From Spirochaetia bacterium (GTDB lineage Bacteria; Spirochaetota; Spirochaetia; UBA9216): DNA of 64,000 bases. The stretch lies in NCBI GenBank assembly GCA_963677925.2, contig CAXXYH010000004.1, positions 2,112,001 to 2,176,000 of the forward strand. The letters are read 5' to 3'. The stretch's first letter is position 1, and each line of letters begins with the position of its first letter. Positions 10,101 to 19,541 of the stretch are shown one piece after another. A program made the translations under genes and the position numbers. The notes below the pieces were generated by a model, which saw nothing but the letters and a program-made list of their open reading frames with translations, was not told the DNA's origin and did no database searches.

Positions 10101-11769
10101 AACCGGGGATCCTGAGGCAGAGGATGCAATCAATCAGATTCAGGAAGAACTGCGCAAGCTTGATACCGAGCTTAATGCAAGGCTGTATGAGATTGGTAAT
10201 ATCATTTCCAGCTATCCAAAGTATAACGCTGAAGAACTTGACCCGCTTATTACTAACTATATTTTCTATAAACCCGTTGTCTACAGGGTAACCGGAGATG
10301 ATGTTTATTACCGCGGTCTTGTCAGACTGGGCATATCAACAGAAGGAATCATCGGAAAAATCAAGGAATCAAGAGATCAGCTTATACTGATAATCAGCAT
10401 AATTGCCGCCGCGGCCATTGTTATCGGAATCCTCGGAGCCCTTGGTCTTGCCGCTATTATTATCAAGCCGATTAACCAGCTTGTACGCGGCGTTGAACTG
10501 ATTCGTGATACAGAGGATAAAGAAGAATTAAAGTCACATTTAATCAAGATAAAAACAGGCGATGAACTTTCGGTTCTGGCTGATACTGTAAACCAGATGA
10601 CCGCTGGCCTTGTCAAAGCCGCCGCGGCAAGTAAAGAGCTGAGCATCGGTAAGGATACCCAGAAGCAGTTTATTCCGCTGGACAAAGACAGCAAGGGAAA
10701 TCCGATGACTACCGGCAGGGAGGATAACAATGATATTTCCTTCTACGGATACTATGAAGGAGCAAAGGGGGTATCCGGAGACTATTTTTATTATCAGAAG
10801 ATAGATGAAGTTCATTATGCCGCTATCAAATGCGACATAGCCGGTAAGGGTGTTCCTGCCTCCCTGATTATGGTTGAGGTCGCAACCCTGTTTCTGAATT
10901 TTTTCCGTGAAAACAAGGTTAAACGCGATATGCGAGGAAAGCCGGTACCACCCGATATTTCTGCACTTACATACAGCATAAATACTATGCTTGAAGAACG
11001 AGGTTTTAAAGGCCGTTTTGCCGCCTTTACAATGCTGATAGTCAATTCGGTAACCGGAGAGATGAAGATCTGTAATGCTGGTGATACGACTCTTCATTAC
11101 TACGATGCCCAGCAGCGCAAAATGGTGGTTAAGGATCTGCCTAGATCTCCTGCTGCCGGAGCTTTTCCTTCCGATATGGTTGAGATGGGTGTGGGTTTTG
11201 TTACTGTCAACCATACGCTGAAGAAGGGTGATGTCCTTGTTCTCTTTACTGACGGTATTGAGGAATCAAAAAGCTATTTCAGGGATGCGGATTTTAATAT
11301 CAGGCTTTGTGACTATCAGGGCGGGGAAGGAGAGACCTTCCATGATGACAACCATAAGATCGGTTCAGATAACGAGGAATTCGGTGTTCCACGAATTCAT
11401 GACATGCTTAATGCTATGAAATCCAGGGGGAAATTCAGTCTTTCACATTACCACAACGATCCTATGGAAAACCAGACGCTTGATTTTGATTTTAATGACT
11501 GTGAAGATACTCTTGAGAACCTTGTAATTGCCGGAATTTCAGTTGAGAAAGTTTTCAGACTCATTCCTGATCCTTCAGCCGGTCCGGAAGATAAGGTCAA
11601 AGTAGACATTAAAGTAGATGAGTTTCTTAAAAAACACTTTGTTCAGTATTCCAAGTATTACAAGCATCGCCTTCCGGGTAAAGAAGATGATCAGTATGTT
11701 GTATACAGTCATATGAAAGAGGAAGATCAGTACGATGACCTGACGGTCCTCTGCATAGAAAAAAAATAG
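7156..11769 (+). CDS. Membrane sensor phosphatase: Asp-box beta-propeller + FN3/Ig-like ectodomain, 3 TM, HAMP, SpoIIE/PP2C
   Basis: Asp-boxes SSDGGTSF, SDNSGSTW, SDDGGHSW; HAMP (IIKPINQL..DELSVLA..VNQM); PP2C motifs VSGDYF, CDIAGKG, FTDGIEE, DDLT. Confidence 0.85.
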   Translation: MMCSGLLRKLFIFLIIFISTAAAVSAQDFYWEQQEVLVDNAAYFSRSAAGTELMAAVWQDRIRETENGAEYGLSIITSTDGLEWKTNKRFLGPFSYTGKENFFFSLAVNKQDIIYLAVSNDDNSISLYQSSDGGTSFTENFRSDPFPVKTSPRLSLRSDGGMILFVTQESNVDEFGSLGIYYSVSDNSGSTWSEFSQLAPEADLKGNFLPSHTSFMGREYVAFQAFHLGTTSTFQLYLKYSDDGGHSWSDAVYISGFEDDNDLYDGDPYVFDNQRPFLLGNTSGVYLAWERGYAGNNPQIYFAELNRNGSVTGFPEQVSGGIAECRNPRMSYYRGMLTLIWFDNRAGDYHNIIARRDGAFWSTNDLNYITAGSSVFGNLLVRQDDLFVMWENTISERTRLVLLSPDKTVSAPVLRAADFRASTPAKQDSFTVRWNTPDDSSGIAGYSWTYDRDENSKPRESLMMLDRNRSITVDADDDGSWFFHVIAQDYAGNWSDTSTIEIIRDTTPPGTVTFNEPEKDERDTLLSNTLALGWEPPPEEDVAGYSYTLQALSGWTYSGELDVFRLRTPSGTVQTSGTSYSFRNIDNGLWALNVRAIDNVGNAGEANTLYFRLNKYIPVTYITSINSKKDELGTLTLEITGRGFSVGGLIEEVILDTDGAEPYDYVFTKDTDLYNVVDDRFIRGPLLEDILAGTYRVGLIHPERGLYFTRTGITLESSGTVKFGDFSVIPVPQWQVVEQKRFNIPFNYLLMAVVLILLVFLFIFTLQRAFALAAEGRTLHRQAVALIEGQLLSEEEKQERIAQMAKMRMGLRFKFALWVTLLVMLIVGMVAVPVAVVTSDNQRQILATGLEERAEVLLESITSGARTFLPSDNILELNNLPSQMSAMGKDAVSVTITGHGDTAAEGYQPDKFDYVWVTNDGSLPEEARGTTGVYLMEDEISSITDELSASVNEQAASRVGLIVDEIQLLNEQVEPLVDRFIRTGDPEAEDAINQIQEELRKLDTELNARLYEIGNIISSYPKYNAEELDPLITNYIFYKPVVYRVTGDDVYYRGLVRLGISTEGIIGKIKESRDQLILIISIIAAAAIVIGILGALGLAAIIIKPINQLVRGVELIRDTEDKEELKSHLIKIKTGDELSVLADTVNQMTAGLVKAAAASKELSIGKDTQKQFIPLDKDSKGNPMTTGREDNNDISFYGYYEGAKGVSGDYFYYQKIDEVHYAAIKCDIAGKGVPASLIMVEVATLFLNFFRENKVKRDMRGKPVPPDISALTYSINTMLEERGFKGRFAAFTMLIVNSVTGEMKICNAGDTTLHYYDAQQRKMVVKDLPRSPAAGAFPSDMVEMGVGFVTVNHTLKKGDVLVLFTDGIEESKSYFRDADFNIRLCDYQGGEGETFHDDNHKIGSDNEEFGVPRIHDMLNAMKSRGKFSLSHYHNDPMENQTLDFDFNDCEDTLENLVIAGISVEKVFRLIPDPSAGPEDKVKVDIKVDEFLKKHFVQYSKYYKHRLPGKEDDQYVVYSHMKEEDQYDDLTVLCIEKK

Positions 11770-11778
11770 GATTATAAA

Positions 11779-12102
11779 ATGCAGCGTTTTTTCTGCGATA
11801 ACTGCGGAACACTCGTAAACAAGAATGCCTCAAGGTGTCCGGGCTGCGGCAGGTTCTTCAGCCTGGTTAAGTGTCCGATGTGCGGCTATGCAGACCGCCC
11901 TGCTTTTTTTTCAAACGGCTGTCCGGTCTGCGGATATGCTGAAGAGAAGGGTGAGGCTGAATTCAGGTTTACCGCCCGGGACACTGATGACAAAAAAAAG
12001 AAGGAACACCGCCATCTTCCCGCAGCCTTCTACAAGGTTATCATTCCGATACTTTCATTTATTCTTGTCGGACTCGTTATCGCTCTTATAATGCTCATCT
12101 AA
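11779..12102 (+). CDS. Double zinc-ribbon membrane protein
   Basis: Four CxxC pairs (CDNC, CPGC, CPMC, CPVC) and a C-terminal TM helix. Confidence 0.75.
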   Translation: MQRFFCDNCGTLVNKNASRCPGCGRFFSLVKCPMCGYADRPAFFSNGCPVCGYAEEKGEAEFRFTARDTDDKKKKEHRHLPAAFYKVIIPILSFILVGLVIALIMLI

Positions 12103-12783
12103 GTTCAGTACTGCCCAGACTGGATCTTCGGGAGGTTCACAGAAGAACTCTTTCTTTCCGCCGGCGGAGGGCAGACTGAATGACAGAAACCATGAATGAA
12201 GATGTATGCCTCCGCCCCTGTTTGTACGCCGTGCACCGTATTTAATATCGCCTTTTATATGCATTCCTTCTGCCGCCAGCTGTGAGCGTATCTGATGCTT
12301 TCTTCCGGTAAGCAGGTTAATTTCAAGGATTGAATATTTCTCAGTCGCACACTTGAATCTGTACTCAAGCTCAGCTTTTTTTGTTCCATTTGCGGGCACT
12401 TTGAGTGCACTGACCTTGTTGCCTCTGCCATCACGGATATAATGGACAAACCTGCCTGATTCAGATATTGGGGGCGAGTCTACAGCGCAGAGATATTTCT
12501 TTACTATGCCGCCGGAAGAAAGCTGCCTGGATAGTTCGGCGGCCGTCCGTCTGTTCCTTGCCAGCAGCATCAACCCCGATGCCGGAGTATCCAGACGGTT
12601 TACAGGATGCAGCTCTCCGTATTCCTTTCCAAGAATACTTAAAACCGAAGTTTCTCCCTTTTTACCCTGCTGCGACATCAGGCCGCAGGGCTTGTTTACA
12701 ACAACCACATTATTATCAGAATAAATTACCATCAGGTTAATTTTCTGTTTAACAGCCGATTTGTCAAGTACAAAGATTTGCAA
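12055..12783 (-). CDS. RluA-family RNA pseudouridine synthase
   Basis: VVNKPCGL, catalytic NRLDTPASG, TGRKHQIR, GDIKYG, LHS motifs. Confidence 0.9.
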   Translation of the reverse strand: MQIFVLDKSAVKQKINLMVIYSDNNVVVVNKPCGLMSQQGKKGETSVLSILGKEYGELHPVNRLDTPASGLMLLARNRRTAAELSRQLSSGGIVKKYLCAVDSPPISESGRFVHYIRDGRGNKVSALKVPANGTKKAELEYRFKCATEKYSILEINLLTGRKHQIRSQLAAEGMHIKGDIKYGARRTNRGGGIHLHSWFLSFSLPSAGGKKEFFCEPPEDPVWAVLNLDEHYKSDNESDKNK

Positions 12784-12831
12784 AACATCAAAACTGAGCG
12801 TACAATAAAATAATTCTCAAAAGGGGGATTT

Positions 12832-13950
12832 ATGAAAAAATCAATCCGTTTGTCTGTGCTTCTTCTATTTTTATCTGCACTACCGGTGTTTGCCGGTGAT
12901 TTCAGTTTTGTTTTCGAAGATGCCAGGTTCCATTCTTCTTACTGGGGCGGTCTTGCACCTTTCTATGTTCGTGCAGGCGCTGGGTACACAGGTCTCAGCC
13001 TGATTGACGGGCAGCAGACTGAAATAGTTTTGGTAGGAGGCGGTGCGATTACGAGCAATAACCTCTGGACTGATGCTGATGGACTCCCTCTTGTTAAGGC
13101 TGTATCCAATTCTGACCTGACCACCAATATGTACAGCCGCTGGCAGTGGGATCTTGGGCTTGGGCTTATTCAGGGACTGTTTGCTGATCCCAAAAGAGCT
13201 AATCCGGTTTTAAGTGTGTATGCCAGGTATGATCTTCATAATGATAATCCTGCAGGTGATGATCTTAACTCAATACTTGAATCAAGTACTAATCAGTCCG
13301 CCTATCCTGATCAGGGCGGAGTTCTTACAAATTCGCTTAAATTCGGGGTTGAGTTCAACAGGCTGACAAAGGGAGATATCAATAAAGGCTACGGTGCTGA
13401 ATTGTGGACAGTTGTAGCCCCCTCATGGATGGGTAATGAAGTCTTAGGTGACAGTAATTTCTATAATATTGCCTTTGAGGCAAAAGCTTTTTATCCGCTG
13501 CTCGATATTAAAATGAAGAATTCAGAAAAGCAGCTTGTTGGAATCTACGCAGGCGATCGTATCCGTGCAGACTGGCTTGACGGCACAGCCATCCCAGAGT
13601 ATTTCCAGGAGCCGGTTACTCTGGGCGGTAAAATGAGAGGCTTTGAATGGAATTCCATGGGAACTCAGTTCACGGTAGTTAATAACTTTGACATCAGGGT
13701 CTATGGACTCGAGTTCATTGACAACACTAATCCGGTATTCAACGTATTTTTTGATATGGGTTATTTTGCTGGAAACTACTACAACACATCTGTCTCAGAT
13801 TCTGGTTTTGTAAGTTCAACAGGCTTCGAAGCTGCAATTAATATTATCGATTTTGCCCAGGTGGGCTTCTGTTTTGCCTTCCCTCTCACCGGTGAAAATA
13901 TGCGCCTGCAGGATATGACAACAGATATTATGTTTATGTATAAGTTTTAA
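12832..13950 (+). CDS. Outer-membrane beta-barrel protein (Omp85/BamA-TamA-like C-terminus)
   Basis: Signal peptide, LGGKMRGFE (resembles the VRGF loop), amphipathic strands, terminal Phe. Confidence 0.6.
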   Translation: MKKSIRLSVLLLFLSALPVFAGDFSFVFEDARFHSSYWGGLAPFYVRAGAGYTGLSLIDGQQTEIVLVGGGAITSNNLWTDADGLPLVKAVSNSDLTTNMYSRWQWDLGLGLIQGLFADPKRANPVLSVYARYDLHNDNPAGDDLNSILESSTNQSAYPDQGGVLTNSLKFGVEFNRLTKGDINKGYGAELWTVVAPSWMGNEVLGDSNFYNIAFEAKAFYPLLDIKMKNSEKQLVGIYAGDRIRADWLDGTAIPEYFQEPVTLGGKMRGFEWNSMGTQFTVVNNFDIRVYGLEFIDNTNPVFNVFFDMGYFAGNYYNTSVSDSGFVSSTGFEAAINIIDFAQVGFCFAFPLTGENMRLQDMTTDIMFMYKF

Positions 13951-14025
13951 TAACCAAAATCTTTCAAAAAAAGGGGGATTCCATTATAGAATCCCCTGCA
14001 TCTTTAAAATCTAATTCCAATTTAA

Positions 14026-15930
14026 TTACCGGAACAGTTCCTTAATTTCGGTTTTATAGATTTTCTCAACCACATTTCTTCTAATTTTAAGCGAGTGGGT
14101 AAGTTCTACTCCGACCTCAAAGTCCTTCGGCAGTACCTTGAAACGGAATATTCTTTCAAAGGCTTTAAATCCGTTTTTAGCACTCACCAGGGCGTGCACT
14201 TCGTTCTGAATCAGCTCAATGATGAACGGGTTACTCACAAGTTCTTCTTTTTCAAGATAAGTAATTGCTTTTTCAATGGCCAGCTGTTCAAGAGCTTCAA
14301 GCTCGGGAATGATAAGTGCTGCAAGAAATTTCTGATCCTGGCCTACAACCATTGCTCTTGCAATGTAAGGCGACTGAGCCAGTTTATCCTCAATTGGAAG
14401 GGGTTCAACATTCTCTCCGCCGCGCAGAACTATTGTCTCTTTAGAGCGGCCAAGAATTTTAAACTCGCCGGTGTGGGTAAAGACGGCAATATCGCCGGTA
14501 TTAAGCCAGCCGTTTCGAAGAACCTCAGCGGTTTTTTCAGGCTCTTTGTAATAACCAAGCATTACCTGTTCACTTTTTACATGAAGCTCACCCTTGTAAC
14601 CAACGGGCATTATTGCGCCGTCTTTATTGATTACCCTGTATTCAATATCGGCCAGAAGCGGACCTACTGTATTGGGTATTGGTTTACTGTCCTTTCGGAC
14701 TGCAAGTATAGGGGCTGTCTCTGTAAGGCCGTAGCCCTCGAGAACTGATATCCCGACAGTCCTGAAGAATTTATCAATGTATGAGGGCAGTGCTCCGCCG
14801 CCTGAGATCCCGGCCTTGAACCGACCTCCGAGCTTCTGTTTCAGTTTTCCGAATACGAGTACATTTCCCAGCAGTTTGAAGGGGGTAAGCAGGGCAAGCG
14901 GTATTACACTCACCGCGATATCTACAAATCTGCTGCGTTTGGAAAACTGAGGAAGCATGCCCGAAAACATATCATAAAGATATGTATGAATCTCTCCTAC
15001 GCTGAGGAAGAAAAAGAAGAGTGCCTTTTTTGCCGGACTGCCGGAATTGATATTTCTCATTACGGCACTGTGAACACTTTCCCAGATTCGGGGGACGGAT
15101 GTAAGCCAGTGCGGTTTTACCTTCTGCATGTCCGGCATCATAACCGCACCCACAGGTTTAGAGAAAGCCGTAGCCAGTCCGAGAAAGACGCAGATGTACA
15201 TGCATGCCCTTTCGAATGAGTGCCATATCGGCAGTACAGACAGCATTACTTCTCCCGGAAGAAGGGCCAGATGCGGCCTTATTCTGTCAATCTGAAACAG
15301 GAAGGCCTTATGTGTCAGCATTACGCCCTTCGGATTTCCCGTTGTGCCTGAAGTGTAAATAATTGTAGCCATATCTTCACAGCTTCCAATTTCAACTTCC
15401 TTTTCGAAAAACTCGGGATTCTGACCGTAGGCTTCTGTTCCGATTTTTACAATGTCATCGAATGAAAGAATTTCTATCTTTTCGTTTTTTTTGAGTTTAG
15501 CGGTGCCGTCTGTATCAAAAAGTATTATCTTCTTTAGAACCGGAAGTTCTTCGGCTTTTGACAGTATTTTTTCAGCCTGAGTCGCGTTTTCTGCGAAGCT
15601 GATCTCACATTCAGCATGACCGAGTATATAGCCTATTTCATCAGCAGTGGAATCACAGCCTCTGGGAACATCCACCGCACCAAGCCCTGCAATACCAAAA
15701 TCGGTCATTATCCATTCTTTCCTGTTTTCAGAAATTATTCCGACATGATCCCCGCGTTTTACTCCGACAGCATTTAGTCCTGCTCCGTAAATTTTAAGAG
15801 CCTCCCAGAACTCGCGGTATGTCATGGGCTGAAATTCCCTGTTGGCATCTTTAATTAGAAAAATATTTAGATCAGCATATTTTGCAGATACAATTTTCAG
15901 TCTCTGGGCCAGTGTATCCTTACTAATCAA
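14026..15930 (-). CDS. Long-chain fatty acid-CoA ligase
   Basis: YTSGTTGNPKG, EGYGLTE, GWLNTGD AMP-binding motifs. Confidence 0.92.
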   Translation of the reverse strand: MISKDTLAQRLKIVSAKYADLNIFLIKDANREFQPMTYREFWEALKIYGAGLNAVGVKRGDHVGIISENRKEWIMTDFGIAGLGAVDVPRGCDSTADEIGYILGHAECEISFAENATQAEKILSKAEELPVLKKIILFDTDGTAKLKKNEKIEILSFDDIVKIGTEAYGQNPEFFEKEVEIGSCEDMATIIYTSGTTGNPKGVMLTHKAFLFQIDRIRPHLALLPGEVMLSVLPIWHSFERACMYICVFLGLATAFSKPVGAVMMPDMQKVKPHWLTSVPRIWESVHSAVMRNINSGSPAKKALFFFFLSVGEIHTYLYDMFSGMLPQFSKRSRFVDIAVSVIPLALLTPFKLLGNVLVFGKLKQKLGGRFKAGISGGGALPSYIDKFFRTVGISVLEGYGLTETAPILAVRKDSKPIPNTVGPLLADIEYRVINKDGAIMPVGYKGELHVKSEQVMLGYYKEPEKTAEVLRNGWLNTGDIAVFTHTGEFKILGRSKETIVLRGGENVEPLPIEDKLAQSPYIARAMVVGQDQKFLAALIIPELEALEQLAIEKAITYLEKEELVSNPFIIELIQNEVHALVSAKNGFKAFERIFRFKVLPKDFEVGVELTHSLKIRRNVVEKIYKTEIKELFR

Positions 15931-16006
15931 ATTAGTCCTCCGGTCAAAAATGTATCTTTAAAGAATAACAGAACTGAGTCCGGTTGTCTATTTGAATTAA
16001 AGTTTT

Positions 16007-17704
16007 TCAGCTGTCGGCTGATAAGGGAAGTTCTTTTATCATTCCCTTTGTAATTATCTCGGGAAGAAGCTGTGCTTCGGAACTTCCTGCCGGATACCAG
16101 GCATAAAATGGAACCCCTGCTCGTCCGTGCATGTTCAGCCAGCTGTCAATTTCCGGATTTCGTGTTGTATAATCTCCGTGAATCAGTATAACGTTATTTT
16201 CTTCAAAAAATTCTTCTATCTCTTCAGTGAAGATCACAGTGGTTTCATTTGTTCTGCATGTCATGCACCAGCGTGCTGAAAACATGACGAAAACCGGCTG
16301 ATTTCCCCCGACAGCATCGTTAACAAGTCCGGGAGAGAAGTCCAGCCATGATTTATAATGTTCTGATCCGGCCGATATTCCGGAGTCTGTTCCAGAAATA
16401 CTCTGCTCTTCAGAACTTCTGACAATAAATACTGCTCCGACAGCAATTACGGCGACTGCAAACAAGGCTGTAATTGTCCTTCCTGCAGTACTGTACTGCT
16501 TTGCAGATATTTTTCCGTACAGCCATGCAATAACGGCAAGAAACAGCAGATAGATAAGTGTCAATGTTATTGCTGCCGGACTGCTCTGGTATACAAGAAC
16601 ATCAAACAGCCATACGGCAGTACCCATAAGCAGAAAGGCCATAACCTCTCTGAATATATTCATCCATGCGCCGGGTTTCGGTAGTTTCTTTACCAGCCCG
16701 GGAAAAAATCCTATTAAAAGGAAGGGAAGGGCAAGTCCAAGTCCAACGAAAAAGAAAATCATAATAATTACAGGAGCTGTGCTTGAGAATGCAAAGCCTG
16801 CAGCAGTTCCAAGAAATGGGGCTGTACACGGTGTAGCCAGCAGTACCGCTATAACACCGCTGAAAAAGTGAGCACTTGCGTGGCCTGCTTTCTTAACAGA
16901 TGTCCCCGATTTGATAACCGGTGCTGCAATTGTGAAAACTTCAAAAAGCGACAGGCCGAACATGAATATTACTGTCAGCAGAAAAACGATAAAGCCCCTG
17001 TTCTGAAACTGAAATCCCCATCCCACCTTTGCTCCGGCTGCCTTAATTATAATTACGGCCGCGGCCAGGGCCAGCATCGAAGCTATGACTCCTGCTGTAT
17101 AAAAAAGTGAGGATGCCAGTATCTGTTTTCGGTCATCACCGCCCTGTTTTACCAGGCTTAAGGCTTTTATAGAAAGAACAGGAAGCACACAGGGCATTAC
17201 ATTAAGCAGCAGTCCTCCTGCAAAGGCCAGAAGCAGGAATAGCAGCAGTCCTGACGTGGATGCTGCTGCATTGGGTGCTGCCGTATCTATACTGATTTCA
17301 AGCGATTCAGAGGCCGGGAAAAAACATGTTCCATTCTCATCACAGAGCTGCCAGTGCACATCCACAGAGAGCGAGTCGCTTTTTACTCCCATAATCTCCG
17401 CGCTTAGTTCAACAGTACCGTAATAATTAACAAGTCCATCCTCGGATTCTCCCTCAGGATAGAAAATTTCACCCATTATTACTTCATCCGGAGATGTGAT
17501 TTCAAAACGGAAAAAATCTTCCGAAAAGGTCTGATGATAACCTTCCGGAATTATATATGTAACTGTTAATACCCCTGTTCCGTTACTGTCAACGAAAGCT
17601 TCTGCTGAAACTTCAGCAGGCGGTACTGATATCTGAGCGCTGAGCGTGCCTATAGATACAGCTGCCAGAAAGAGAGATATTATAAAACGGTTTATTTTTT
17701 TCAC
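16007..17704 (-). CDS. dsbD: DsbD-like thiol:disulfide interchange protein
   Basis: N-domain CDENGTC, TM motifs MPCVLP and ATPCTAP, thioredoxin WCMTC. Confidence 0.88.
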   Translation of the reverse strand: MKKINRFIISLFLAAVSIGTLSAQISVPPAEVSAEAFVDSNGTGVLTVTYIIPEGYHQTFSEDFFRFEITSPDEVIMGEIFYPEGESEDGLVNYYGTVELSAEIMGVKSDSLSVDVHWQLCDENGTCFFPASESLEISIDTAAPNAAASTSGLLLFLLLAFAGGLLLNVMPCVLPVLSIKALSLVKQGGDDRKQILASSLFYTAGVIASMLALAAAVIIIKAAGAKVGWGFQFQNRGFIVFLLTVIFMFGLSLFEVFTIAAPVIKSGTSVKKAGHASAHFFSGVIAVLLATPCTAPFLGTAAGFAFSSTAPVIIMIFFFVGLGLALPFLLIGFFPGLVKKLPKPGAWMNIFREVMAFLLMGTAVWLFDVLVYQSSPAAITLTLIYLLFLAVIAWLYGKISAKQYSTAGRTITALFAVAVIAVGAVFIVRSSEEQSISGTDSGISAGSEHYKSWLDFSPGLVNDAVGGNQPVFVMFSARWCMTCRTNETTVIFTEEIEEFFEENNVILIHGDYTTRNPEIDSWLNMHGRAGVPFYAWYPAGSSEAQLLPEIITKGMIKELPLSADS

Positions 17705-18447
17705 TGCATTACCCCCAGCATTGTTATCAGTAGAACAGAAAAGTTATACAGACCATGTCCGATAGCTACAGTATGGATAGATCTGGTTTTTATGAACATG
17801 AATGTCAGAAATCCGCCGATAAGCAGAATGGCTCCGGCTGCATACAAACCTTCATAAATATGTCCGGAGGCGAAAAGCAGCACGTTCAGTACTGCAGCAG
17901 CAGGGAGGCTTACTCCGCGTGTTGTGAGTGAGTTGATAAGATAAGCTCTGAAGAAAATCTCTTCACTGTAACCGGTCAGTATGCAGGAAACGAAGACCAG
18001 AGGAAGCAGTTCCGGCCGGCTGAATACCCATCCGCTGCCGTAGATCATGCTGTTGCTGTAATCGGGTTCAATCAGCATTGCCGCTGTACCGGCTATTGCA
18101 AGGCATGCAAATATCCCGGCAAGTGTGAGAATTGAGAGCAGAATATCCTTCAGTCTTATTTTTCCAATCCCGTAGTCACCGAGAGGCTGTCCGGGTTTGA
18201 GAATTATCAGATAAATAATAAAAAGGATCTGCGGCAGAGTTGTTATTATATAGATAAAGTTGAACCATGAGCTTTCAAATACCGCCGGATCGTAATCAGA
18301 CGTTCCTTGCGACAGGTATCCCGGAAGAAAAAACACCGCAAAAAGGAGCAGGGGTTCAAAGACGGTTAAATCTATTTTTTTTCTGTTTCTACTGGAAAAA
18401 AACTCATTCACCCTGTAGAATATTATCAATATTTTAGTTAATTGCAA
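17701..18447 (-). CDS. CPBP/CAAX (Abi) intramembrane metalloprotease
   Basis: EEIFFR, FASGH and HGLYN motifs in a multi-TM protein; start may lie further downstream. Confidence 0.85.
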   Translation of the reverse strand: MQLTKILIIFYRVNEFFSSRNRKKIDLTVFEPLLLFAVFFLPGYLSQGTSDYDPAVFESSWFNFIYIITTLPQILFIIYLIILKPGQPLGDYGIGKIRLKDILLSILTLAGIFACLAIAGTAAMLIEPDYSNSMIYGSGWVFSRPELLPLVFVSCILTGYSEEIFFRAYLINSLTTRGVSLPAAAVLNVLLFASGHIYEGLYAAGAILLIGGFLTFMFIKTRSIHTVAIGHGLYNFSVLLITMLGVMQ

Positions 18448-18497
18448 GGATAATCGTGAAGTTACAGTTAATAAGGTAAGAGATCGATACTAGAGTT

Positions 18498-19532
18498 ATG
18501 TTGATTGTAGTAGCCGTAATATTTTTTCTGCTGATCATACTCATTTCCATCCTCAGGAAAATGGGGGGGGGCAATTTTCCCTGGGCTCAGTTCTATGCAA
18601 AGGGCCGTGAATCCGGATTTTCGCTGAAAGAGATAAATCTCCTTCGGAAGGTGGCCGTTGAAAACAGGCTTGAAAATCCTACATCACTTTTCTGGTCAAT
18701 TAAGCAGCTTGACCGCTCAATCCGCGGTACCATTATTAAGTTCCGGAATGAGGGTGTAAGCGGCAACGAAGAGAATATCAACTTTGTTTCAAAGCTTTTT
18801 GATTTCAGAAGCCGTGTCGAGCTTAATCTACCGAAATTTACACTCGGACTTAAAACATCCCGTAAAATATCACAGCATCAGAAAATCAAGATAAATCTAC
18901 CGGGCGCAGGAACTTACACTGCCAGCGTTGTAGAGAATCTTAAAAAATATCTTGCTATTTCCTATCCCGAAGGTCCGGTTCTGCCTCAGGGCTTTGACTG
19001 GAAGGCTCAGGATATCAATATCTTTTTCTGGCGTGCGGATGATGCCGGATACACTTTTGATTCAATAGTAATAGACGATTTTTCCGATAAAAACTATTCT
19101 ATACTCCATATAGCCCACTCTGATAATCTTCAGAGAAGTCAGAAGCGCTCGTCAGTCAGAATCGATGTTAATAAACCGGCATATCTGTATCTTCTTAAAA
19201 GTATAGGCGAAGCCAATGAACGCGAGGAGAAAACTGCCGGTCTGAGATGCCGCCTGATTGATGTATCTGAAGGCGGTGCAGCGATAATGATAGGCGGAAA
19301 AGCCAGAGTCGGTATTGCCGTAAAGCTTCAATTCAGTATAGGCCCTTATAAAATCAGAATGTGTGGTAATGTTAAAGGTGTGAACTTTAATCCGAAACGT
19401 AACCAGTCCATTCTGCATCTGCAGGCAGTTCCGCTGCATCCTGTGATGAGAAATCAGCTCCTCTCCTATATTTATAATATTTTCGGAGAAAGAGAATCTC
19501 TGGGCAGAAAGAGCAGGGTAACCAATTACTAA
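18498..19532 (+). CDS. PilZ-domain c-di-GMP receptor (YcgR/flagellar-brake-like)
   Basis: QKRSSVR (RxxxR) and DVSEGG (DxSxxG) motifs; N-terminal TM. Confidence 0.85.
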   Translation: MLIVVAVIFFLLIILISILRKMGGGNFPWAQFYAKGRESGFSLKEINLLRKVAVENRLENPTSLFWSIKQLDRSIRGTIIKFRNEGVSGNEENINFVSKLFDFRSRVELNLPKFTLGLKTSRKISQHQKIKINLPGAGTYTASVVENLKKYLAISYPEGPVLPQGFDWKAQDINIFFWRADDAGYTFDSIVIDDFSDKNYSILHIAHSDNLQRSQKRSSVRIDVNKPAYLYLLKSIGEANEREEKTAGLRCRLIDVSEGGAAIMIGGKARVGIAVKLQFSIGPYKIRMCGNVKGVNFNPKRNQSILHLQAVPLHPVMRNQLLSYIYNIFGERESLGRKSRVTNY

Positions 19533-19541
19533 GGGGTCTAG

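Noticed and set aside
10377-11214. Long antisense ORFs (also 4154-4690, 14095-14748, 33164-33616)
   Set aside because: They lie opposite well-supported genes and show no recognisable motifs.
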